A DNA stretch of 55,300 nt from Bacteroidales bacterium. GTDB lineage: Bacteria > Bacteroidota > Bacteroidia > Bacteroidales > UBA1556. This document shows, piece by piece, positions 11,380-19,235 of this stretch. Positions within the stretch are counted from its first letter, which is position 1. Each line of letters opens with the position of its first letter. The notes below the pieces were generated by a model. It was not told the origin of the DNA and did not search any database. It saw only the letters and a program-made list of their open reading frames with translations. The DNA is taken from assembly GCA_015493685.1 (NCBI GenBank), contig WGCS01000060.1:1-55300 (forward strand), read 5' to 3'. Both the position numbers and the translations under genes were made by a program.

Positions 11380-12692
11380 TGTATTCCTCCTAAAATATTA
11401 AATTGATTATAATTAATTATTTGTTTAAATTCTTTACCATTGGTATCATACTCTAATTTATCTGCATATTTCCACCAATACTGTCCACCGGCAAAAAGAT
11501 TAAAATAGGTATTTAATACATAAATAATTTTTGTACTAGCCATTCCATAAATATGATTCGCAATTTCGAAAGAATAGTTATTTGATAATAGGGTAAAGTT
11601 TTTCACATCACCATAAATCACTTCTCCTTCGAGCCAAGTGTTTTTAACTAGCTTAATGCCCAGCTGTTGATACAATATGGGCCGAAATTGAGGAGTAACA
11701 TCTCTAGTCATAAATACCTGGGTATGAGAATATAGATCCAAATTACCCTTTGGAAACCAAATGAAAGAAGCTCCCACTTGCAATTGACGACTTTTATCTC
11801 CAAAATTAGAGACAGCACCACTTATTCCCCAGCGAATATTCTTATATCGATGTTGATAATCAAGGCCTAGCATAAAGCTTGTTTTAGCATAGGGATAAAA
11901 ACCCAAAGCATTAGTAACAGTATCAACAATACCAAAAGGATTTCCATTAACAAAAGAGAGACCCACAGCCGATGAAAGACTAGATTTTCTATTCCATTGA
12001 TATTGTGATTTAATATTAACCACTTTTTGATTTACTTTATAATTTCTAGTGTCAAAAACACTTTCATTTTCAATGGCCCCAACCATTGCCAAGTCGGCAT
12101 AGCCATAATCAACCCAGAGCTGCATTTTACGACTTATAATTGCCGTAGCGCCTCCACTAAACATGCTAATCGCCTGCTGATAATCCGTTTGAGAGAAAAT
12201 ATTTCTCTTTGATAAACGCAATTGCCTTTGGGATATCAAAGGTATTGCCTTCCCATAAAGCGCATCAAAATACACACTACCTCTATATTTTATACCCACA
12301 AGGCGGTCAAGGCTATCACCATAAACCAGTAAACTATTGGCAGTTATATTTTGCTTAGTGTAGAGTAAAGATTTGAAATATATTGATTTAAAATACGGAT
12401 CAAAAAGTGCTGATTTATTTTGCGAATAAGCATTTCCCAGAAAATAGGCTGCCATCATATAATCCGATTTGAGAAAATAGGCAGCACCCACTCTATAATT
12501 AAGATAATAATAATCAATATGATTTCGCTTTGCCTCTTTAGCAAGCCGAAGTAAAGAATCACATTGTGCTGAATAATAATATTTTACACTTAATGAATCT
12601 ACTTTCTTAAAGCCTATATCCTGTGCAGTAGTCCACTTTGCAAAAGTGAGCACCAGTATAAATATTAGTATTCTATTTTTCTCTATTTTCAT
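11367..12692 (-). CDS. Putative outer-membrane protein: TPR-like N-terminus plus C-terminal beta-barrel
   Basis: Signal peptide, helical YRVGAAYFLKSDYMMAAYF segment, alternating amphipathic strands, C-terminal GGIQWKF ending in Phe. Confidence 0.55.
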   Translation of the reverse strand: MKIEKNRILIFILVLTFAKWTTAQDIGFKKVDSLSVKYYYSAQCDSLLRLAKEAKRNHIDYYYLNYRVGAAYFLKSDYMMAAYFLGNAYSQNKSALFDPYFKSIYFKSLLYTKQNITANSLLVYGDSLDRLVGIKYRGSVYFDALYGKAIPLISQRQLRLSKRNIFSQTDYQQAISMFSGGATAIISRKMQLWVDYGYADLAMVGAIENESVFDTRNYKVNQKVVNIKSQYQWNRKSSLSSAVGLSFVNGNPFGIVDTVTNALGFYPYAKTSFMLGLDYQHRYKNIRWGISGAVSNFGDKSRQLQVGASFIWFPKGNLDLYSHTQVFMTRDVTPQFRPILYQQLGIKLVKNTWLEGEVIYGDVKNFTLLSNNYSFEIANHIYGMASTKIIYVLNTYFNLFAGGQYWWKYADKLEYDTNGKEFKQIINYNQFNILGGIQWKF

Positions 12693-12712
12693 GTATTTAA
12701 ATTCTATTGATT

Positions 12713-12738
12713 CAGTGTTATAAAGTCATATAACACTG
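12713..12738. repeat. Perfect 10-bp inverted repeat CAGTGTTATA-aagtca-TATAACACTG
   Basis: Read directly from sequence. Confidence 0.8.
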
Positions 12739-12751
12739 TTTTAATCATTGC

Positions 12752-12780
12752 CCTGCATTGTCTATCAATAGACAGGCAGG
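12752..12780. repeat. REP-like hairpin CCTGC..TGTCTAT-ca-ATAGACA.GCAGG
   Basis: Direct complementarity; ends resemble the CCTGC...GACAGGCAGG palindromic repeats I recall from Bacteroidota genomes. Confidence 0.55.
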
Positions 12781-12865
12781 ACAAATTAAGTTTAAAAATT
12801 GGCATAGCTAAGGCCAAGCCTTCGGTATTCGTTTAATATTATTACAATCCTAAACGATGGAATAA

Positions 12866-15064
12866 TTACTTCCTTCTATATCTATACTCATTACCATCAA
12901 TAATTAATTTCCAATATGTATTATCAGAAGAAGCGCAGCTAAATTCCGCTTCAACCTTATGCACTACTTTATGCCAAATTACTTCTGTATATTTCGCTTT
13001 AAGATGAATTTCGCTTTCGTCAAGAAATTGTTTTCTACTTAAATATTGCATCGAGAATTTAGGACGTATAAAAATATAGAATGGGGCAACAAAATCTTGT
13101 ATAACTTTAGCAAAGCGAGTCTTAGACAAGGTAATTGGAATATCATCAGAAACTACTATATCTTTGTAGTAGCCGAATATTAATCGATATGAAGTCAGGA
13201 AGAACAGATATAAAGGATCTTCTTTTGAACCAACATAAGAAGTAAAAATAAGTTCTTGCTCATTTAATTTAAAATAAGCATAGCTGTTAGTTTCCTTACT
13301 ATAAAGGTAGCTTTGATTATATAAATCTACACCAACTGTCCAATGTATGTTTGTGGCCATTGATTTATTATCGAGGTCCGAATCTACCAGCTCCCAATTG
13401 ATTTCCATCCCCGGAATAAAGCGAAATGCTTTCCTTAAGCTAGTATCCGTTTTAATATTGCTTAGTTGCTCTCCTTGATTTGGAATTCCGTTGGCGACGA
13501 AGGTAAATTTATCTCTTTTGTTAATCACATAAGGGCCAATGGTATATCTCATGGTTTTAGAGCCTACAAAAGGCGTTGCCTGCAACTGAAAGTGCAAATG
13601 TGGCACCGGTGACCGCCCTGAATTTCCCACAGAGGCAACTATTTCACCCTTACGCACATGCTGGCCCTTATAAACTTTAAAGCTTCCCTTTTTAATGTGA
13701 CTAACTTGACTATACAAATATTGAGCATGCTTTATTACAATAGTATTACCCCAATTATGCACCATATCAATTTCACCAATAATATTATCGTCATATAAAT
13801 CAACAATCTCCACTATTTCTCCATCAGCAGGAGCTACAATGGCTTTGTTGTAACAATAATAATCCTCGGGTTCATTTCCTTCATTATCATATTCCAACCC
13901 ATTCTCTTCAATTACAAAATCCCATGCATATTGCCAATCTTCCTTATGGGTATATTCCCCATTATGTCCTTGATTAATAGACCATTCACCATAGAAAGGC
14001 AGCGAAATTGGAATCTGTGCACTATCACCAAAACGACGATAAAAATTCAAATTAGTATATAAATTCTTCTCCGGTGAAAAATGCTGATAAATAACCAGCT
14101 CAGGCTTTCTAAAAAAATGTTCCCTGTATTTCAATACCAGCAAGAAACTAATTACTACTATATTAAATGGAAGAGAAAAAGTCGATAGCTGAAACTGCGA
14201 CAGCACCTCTGACGAACCCGATACCAGTAGCGAGAGAACCGGAATTAACAAAACAATTACAACAAAAGAATAGATGGAAGGAATAATAAAATATCCTCCA
14301 ATAGCAATGGCTGTTAAGATAAAGTTAAAGCCAATATATCCATAATTTAAATCTCCCAAATTGGCACCAATAATTTGGTAATACCAATAGGCCGAATAGA
14401 AACCCAGCAAACTAAGCAGAAAAGAAATTCTGGAGTTTAGCAGCAATACAATGGCAATAATAATTCCGGCATAAACATTATATTGGAAGAATATTGCTCC
14501 AAGTGAAATAAAATATAGATTCAACGATGCCGGTATTCTCAAACTCAAGAAAGAAAAATGAGATTGTAATAAATCATTTCCTCCCAATAGTACAATATCG
14601 TTGTACACATACACCCCTTGCTCGCTAACTTCCAAGGCTCCATAATGCCGTGCTGCCAAACTCACCGTCCAGATACCAAATAAAAAGGGAAGACTCAAAA
14701 AAGGCAATCCATATTTACTTAATATTGCTTCCAACACAACCGTAACAAACAAGGTAAGAACAGCTGAAAATACCACCAACAGCATCAATTGCCAATTAAG
14801 CTGATAGTATATTCCCAGCCCCAAACCAACAAGCAAACTATTGAAACCATAGATTCCATTAATAATCTTAGTTCTATTCAGCCCCAACAGATACGCTGTA
14901 ATATGTGTTGCGCCAATGGCCACAATACCACTAAGTCCGGCGGTAAAATTAAAGAAAGAAACTAGCAATAAAGCTAAGCCCAATAGCTTACCATCAGAAA
15001 AGAATATCTGAGAATAGCTATGGACAACGCTAAGACCTATGGATTTGATACTGGCTTTTGTCAT
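12866..15064 (-). CDS. Urea-transporter-like membrane domain fused to an M23 zinc peptidase domain and an unknown C-terminal domain
   Basis: Two UT-like repeats (SYSQIFF/GIYGFN/LSLPF and LGAIFFQ/GYIGFN/FSLPFN). M23 motifs H..(W.YAW)D, APADG, WGNTIVIKH, GNSGRS..PHLHFQ. ATG 15064 preferred over TTG 15070. Confidence 0.85.
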   Translation of the reverse strand: MTKASIKSIGLSVVHSYSQIFFSDGKLLGLALLLVSFFNFTAGLSGIVAIGATHITAYLLGLNRTKIINGIYGFNSLLVGLGLGIYYQLNWQLMLLVVFSAVLTLFVTVVLEAILSKYGLPFLSLPFLFGIWTVSLAARHYGALEVSEQGVYVYNDIVLLGGNDLLQSHFSFLSLRIPASLNLYFISLGAIFFQYNVYAGIIIAIVLLLNSRISFLLSLLGFYSAYWYYQIIGANLGDLNYGYIGFNFILTAIAIGGYFIIPSIYSFVVIVLLIPVLSLLVSGSSEVLSQFQLSTFSLPFNIVVISFLLVLKYREHFFRKPELVIYQHFSPEKNLYTNLNFYRRFGDSAQIPISLPFYGEWSINQGHNGEYTHKEDWQYAWDFVIEENGLEYDNEGNEPEDYYCYNKAIVAPADGEIVEIVDLYDDNIIGEIDMVHNWGNTIVIKHAQYLYSQVSHIKKGSFKVYKGQHVRKGEIVASVGNSGRSPVPHLHFQLQATPFVGSKTMRYTIGPYVINKRDKFTFVANGIPNQGEQLSNIKTDTSLRKAFRFIPGMEINWELVDSDLDNKSMATNIHWTVGVDLYNQSYLYSKETNSYAYFKLNEQELIFTSYVGSKEDPLYLFFLTSYRLIFGYYKDIVVSDDIPITLSKTRFAKVIQDFVAPFYIFIRPKFSMQYLSRKQFLDESEIHLKAKYTEVIWHKVVHKVEAEFSCASSDNTYWKLIIDGNEYRYRRK

Positions 15065-15075
15065 TAACAATGATT

Positions 15076-16434
15076 TTACAATTCGAAGCTACTTAAATGT
15101 TTTGGTACTTTTTCCAAATTGCTAATGGTACTCATTTGCTCCTGTTCTCTAATAATCTCAACATCACCACTTTCTGTGATCATAAGCACATTAGGTCTAA
15201 GGGTAATAAACTGCATCCACTGAGTCATATTATAGGCTCCAACACGATGTATCACCACATGGTCACCGGTATTTAACAGAGGCAAACTAATATTCTCTCT
15301 TATCACATCAATATTCATACACAAAGGACCATAAAGCACAGTATCTTCCACATGATGCGAAAAACTCTGAGCAGGAGTTATTTTATGTTCATACCAGAAA
15401 CTGGTAAATAATAAATTAACTCCAATATCGAGGATAGTAGTTCTTTTACCAATGCTATTTCGCTTATTGGCAATCACTGAGCCCAACAAATAGGCCGAAT
15501 CATCAATAAGTGCACGGCCGGTCTCCAATATTAACGTTGGCAAATGGTCGGGATGAATATTACTATTCAATAATGACGAAGTAATTGCCTCTGCATATTC
15601 ATCAAAACTTGGATTAGTATCTTCTGCCGGCAGATAAGCTCCCTTGAGGGTGTTCTTTGAGGCAAAACCTCCTCCCAAGTCAATATATTTTATATAATAA
15701 TCATATTTCTGTTTTATACCTACAGCCAAGTCAGCCAATTTCTTGGCGGCAATACCATAAGGCGCTGCTGTCATCATATAAGTGCCAATATGAGCATGCA
15801 ATCCAATAAGATCCATTTTCTTCGATATCATAATCTTATTCAGCACATCCCATGCCTGTCCATTTTCATAATTAAAGCCAAAGCGATCCCAGATTGGATA
15901 AATACCCGTATCCATATTAACGCGAATTGCAACCTGAGGACGAAGCGACAATTCTTCGGCAAGATCAAGAATCATATAGTATTCGTCCAAATGATCAATA
16001 TGAATAAGTGATTTGTTCTCTATCGCCTTTATTAAGTCTAGTCTGGTTTTATCGGGTCCATTAAAAATAATATTTCTCCCGTCAACACCATTCCCCAATG
16101 CTTTATCGTATTCAAAACCAGAAACCACTTCTGCCCACGATCCTAATTGATGAAAAGTATTGCATACCGCACTTAAGTAATTTGTTTTATAACTCCAGGC
16201 AAATTGCACTTTCGGATAGCGTGTATTAAAAGCACGTTGAGCATTATGGTATGTCTTACGAATTACTGATTCTGAAATTACATATACCGGTGAACCATAT
16301 TTATCAATAATATCTTTTACTGCAACACCCTCGATATGAGTCATGGGTTTAAACTCTGTTCTCATGCCAAATTTATTGGGCATTGAGTTTTCTAGTCTCT
16401 TTATTATAGGACGTTCATATTTTAGTTTTGTCAT
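15076..16434 (-). CDS. Fold-type III PLP-dependent decarboxylase (diaminopimelate/ornithine decarboxylase-like), substrate unknown
   Basis: YGSPVYV, WSYKTNY (PLP Lys), NGPDK, HAHIGT, DLGGGF, ETGR, GPLCMNID, GAY. Confidence 0.85.
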   Translation of the reverse strand: MTKLKYERPIIKRLENSMPNKFGMRTEFKPMTHIEGVAVKDIIDKYGSPVYVISESVIRKTYHNAQRAFNTRYPKVQFAWSYKTNYLSAVCNTFHQLGSWAEVVSGFEYDKALGNGVDGRNIIFNGPDKTRLDLIKAIENKSLIHIDHLDEYYMILDLAEELSLRPQVAIRVNMDTGIYPIWDRFGFNYENGQAWDVLNKIMISKKMDLIGLHAHIGTYMMTAAPYGIAAKKLADLAVGIKQKYDYYIKYIDLGGGFASKNTLKGAYLPAEDTNPSFDEYAEAITSSLLNSNIHPDHLPTLILETGRALIDDSAYLLGSVIANKRNSIGKRTTILDIGVNLLFTSFWYEHKITPAQSFSHHVEDTVLYGPLCMNIDVIRENISLPLLNTGDHVVIHRVGAYNMTQWMQFITLRPNVLMITESGDVEIIREQEQMSTISNLEKVPKHLSSFEL

Positions 16435-16463
16435 CGTATTTTAATTTTTAGTGTTAATTATAT

Positions 16464-17507
16464 TTACAATTCTCCCAAAGAAGATATTTTCTCAAAGTCT
16501 TCAATATTTACAATCATATCATAGGAATACCTAACAAACATTTTTCCCACATCATAACTATTGTACTTTTCTACCTTATTGCCCATTGCCAAGTTAACCA
16601 ATGCTTCGGGAATATTTTGGCCAACACCAACGGCGAGATAAATCCACGCGGGCATACGAGGATTAATTTCGAGCAAATGGTAAGCGCCATCTTGCGACTT
16701 CATCAACTCCAACTCAAAGCCTCCTCTCCATTTTGTTTTACTTACAAAATTATCGGTCAACTGAAGCATCTCTTTATTATCAATGGAAATTCCACCCCAT
16801 GCTTTTCCTTTATCGGTAATATATTGTTTTCGCATAGGCACCGCAGCAATGGTATTTCCTTCTCCATCACCCAAACCGGTGATATTATATTCGTCACCGC
16901 GAATAAATTCTTGCACTACAATTGGCAAGCCCCACTTGGCACTTATTTTATTAAAAAATGTTTTAGCCTGCTCAATATTATAAGCAATATGCGCATCATA
17001 GAATTTCCCTTTTATAAGTAGAGGAAATAATAAATCGGTACTTAACTGATACAGTTCGGAGGAATCATATATCGCCTCTGAGCGAGGTACATTAATACTA
17101 TATTTCTCTCCAAAGTCAGGTAAATTTACTTTATGACGTTCTTCAAATTGCTGAATAGTAGGCAGGAAAGTATGAATATTCATTGCCAGAAGCTCTTTTT
17201 CCAATTTCATAAAAGAGTATAACTCAGCATCAAAATTTGGAATAATCACATTCAGATTCTCTTGTGCATTAATGTATTCGAGTCTTGCTTTTAACACTTC
17301 CGTCCCTGCAGAAGGATAAGGAATATGGTACACTTTATCAAAAAGATCATGCATATATATCCCCGGTTCCAAGGACTCATAACTCAATCCAATTAAACGG
17401 ACATTAAAAGATTTTGCCTCGCGTAAACCCCTGGCTACTGCTACTCCAGGACCCGGATTATCAATAGCATTAAGTCCACTTAATGCTATGGTGTAGGTTG
17501 GTTTCAT
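16464..17507 (-). CDS. ATP-grasp ligase (carbamoyl-phosphate-synthase-like fold)
   Basis: FPLLIKG, VVQEFIRGDEY, FELELMK, LLEINPR. Confidence 0.85.
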   Translation of the reverse strand: MKPTYTIALSGLNAIDNPGPGVAVARGLREAKSFNVRLIGLSYESLEPGIYMHDLFDKVYHIPYPSAGTEVLKARLEYINAQENLNVIIPNFDAELYSFMKLEKELLAMNIHTFLPTIQQFEERHKVNLPDFGEKYSINVPRSEAIYDSSELYQLSTDLLFPLLIKGKFYDAHIAYNIEQAKTFFNKISAKWGLPIVVQEFIRGDEYNITGLGDGEGNTIAAVPMRKQYITDKGKAWGGISIDNKEMLQLTDNFVSKTKWRGGFELELMKSQDGAYHLLEINPRMPAWIYLAVGVGQNIPEALVNLAMGNKVEKYNSYDVGKMFVRYSYDMIVNIEDFEKISSLGEL

Positions 17508-17538
17508 ATATTTATAATTTATTAATTCGATGTCATTA

Positions 17539-17778
17539 CTATTTTAATAACTGATATTGTTGAAGCATTTCCTTAAAATCCTGAAAATCTTTGCTAAAAG
17601 TATTTCTATCGGTATCGTAATCTGCTAAAAACAGATTTTGAATTTCATCATCACTCTTTTCTTCTTTTATCATTTTAAGAAGTTTTCTACCTGATTCATT
17701 TAAACTAAATGACTCACCAGAACTGGGATTAAATACAAATCCGTTGTCGCTAATGGCTAAATTTTCGTTGATTTTCAT
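17539..17778 (-). CDS. Stand-alone PqqD-family / RiPP recognition element (RRE) protein
   Basis: 79 aa. Three strands then LNESG..LL, helix, Y.TD, D...F...L...LL is the PqqD winged-helix pattern. Confidence 0.85.
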   Translation of the reverse strand: MKINENLAISDNGFVFNPSSGESFSLNESGRKLLKMIKEEKSDDEIQNLFLADYDTDRNTFSKDFQDFKEMLQQYQLLK

Positions 17779-17910
17779 AAACTATTCTTTAAATTATTTG
17801 TTCTAATTATTCTCTTGCTTTTAGCTCCACTACCATCAGTACTAAAAAGAAATACATTCTTCAGAGGTGTCAATGTTCTCTTTTAAAAGAACATTTTTTA
17901 ATGGGAGTAT

Positions 17911-17928
17911 TTATTATTGCAATAATAA
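17911..17928. promoter_or_regulatory. Perfect 18-bp palindrome TTATTATTGCAATAATAA, candidate operator
   Basis: Self-complementary; about 130 nt upstream of the PqqD gene. Confidence 0.45.
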
Positions 17929-18406
17929 CGCTAAGTATCAAATTTAATGTATACTATTTCATAAATATTGTGTAACTTTTTAAACTAAAACATTGATATT
18001 CGCAAGAGCTGATTTTGAGGACACGAAATATATTCACAACTATAAAGCTTTTAAGATATGCCTATTTTTCTTGAAATGAGTGAATACTATTCCCAAGCAA
18101 TTTACATAAGTATCAACGATAAGCTGTTCTATCCTCTATTTATATATATTGCACCTTCTAATATTCCACTATTCTCCTACTATTCAGGGTCAAAAATATA
18201 TACCTAAAACAACGTAACCTTAATACTAAAATAAAAGTATACCGTTTATATTATGACAACAGTAAATTAAAACCTAAAAATACAATAATAGACCACAAAA
18301 CACATAGGGATTAACAAATTAAATTTTGTTGATATAATAAAAAATTTATGTAGTTTTACAATCCTTAAAATGGTTTTTATAAAGTCATTATCACAGAATA
18401 CGTTTT

Positions 18407-18667
18407 ATGAAATTTACAAAACATAGAATAAACAAATACAAGTGGCTAATAGGTCTCTTTATTGTTATAGGCTTATCTTTTAGCTCGTGCCAACGGGCGC
18501 GATTTCGGTCGATGATAAAGAAACGGCGCACCGGTCATATCAAAAGAAAGACTCACCATAGCGCCTATCAAAAGAAGCTTCGTAAGCGCACTATTTCTAC
18601 GAGTACTAAATACTATATCAAAAAGCAAAATAAGAATTATCGTCGCAAACCTTGGTATAATAAGTAA
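18407..18667 (+). CDS. Small, very basic putative lipoprotein
   Basis: Hydrophobic stretch plus FSSC lipobox. 23 K/R in the 59-aa mature part and no D/E. Confidence 0.65.
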   Translation: MKFTKHRINKYKWLIGLFIVIGLSFSSCQRARFRSMIKKRRTGHIKRKTHHSAYQKKLRKRTISTSTKYYIKKQNKNYRRKPWYNK

Positions 18668-18774
18668 GAGCGATACAGCTTTGACATCAAGTAATCTTAA
18701 TTTTATCCCATTGCTAATTCTTCTACATGGTGTATTCACTACTAATTTAAATTCATAATTATTACTTTTGCCTT

Positions 18775-19227
18775 ATGATAAATGTTTATAATGACGACTT
18801 CTTTATGAAAGAGGCTCTAAAGGAAGCCCAACTAGCACTACAAGAGAATGAAGTCCCCATAGGGGCTGTGGTAGTTTGCAATAAGCAAATTATTGCCCGA
18901 GCACATAATATGACAGAAAGGCTCAATGATGCTACCGCCCATGCTGAGATGCTTGCCATCACGGCTGCCGAAAACTACCTGGGAAGTAAATACCTCAACG
19001 AATGCACTTTATATGTTACTCTTGAGCCTTGTGTAATGTGTGCCGGAGCAAGTTTTTGGAGTCGGATTGGGAAAATTGTGTATGCTGCCCCCGATTTGCG
19101 CCATGGCTATAAAAAAGCCGGAGACAAGCTATTCCATCCTAAAACAGAAATTGTTAGCGGAATTATGGAAGCTGAATGTGCAAGCATTATTAAAGATTTC
19201 TTTAGCAAGAGAAGAAACTTACAATAA
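18775..19227 (+). CDS. tadA: tRNA adenosine deaminase / nucleoside deaminase
   Basis: EVPIGAV, TAHAE, TLEPCVMCAGA. Confidence 0.85.
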   Translation: MINVYNDDFFMKEALKEAQLALQENEVPIGAVVVCNKQIIARAHNMTERLNDATAHAEMLAITAAENYLGSKYLNECTLYVTLEPCVMCAGASFWSRIGKIVYAAPDLRHGYKKAGDKLFHPKTEIVSGIMEAECASIIKDFFSKRRNLQ

Positions 19228-19235
19228 GCTGTAAT

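Noticed and set aside
15076-16434. Calling the decarboxylase lysA
   Set aside because: Deviant active-site motifs, N-terminal extension and specialised-cluster context leave the substrate unproven
16464-17507. Graspetide (microviridin-type) ligase or carB
   Set aside because: No repeat-core precursor is present; far too short for CarB and no carA nearby
17539-17778. PQQ or lasso peptide biosynthesis
   Set aside because: No pqqA/B/C/E, lasso cyclase or transglutaminase-like B2 protease in the window
18058-18207. 49-codon plus-strand ORF (MPIFLEMSEYYSQ...) as precursor peptide for the RRE cluster
   Set aside because: Opposite strand to the cluster, composition typical of AT-rich spacer DNA, and no leader/core organisation
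18473-18739. 88-aa minus-strand ORF
   Set aside because: Shadow of the lipobox-bearing plus-strand ORF
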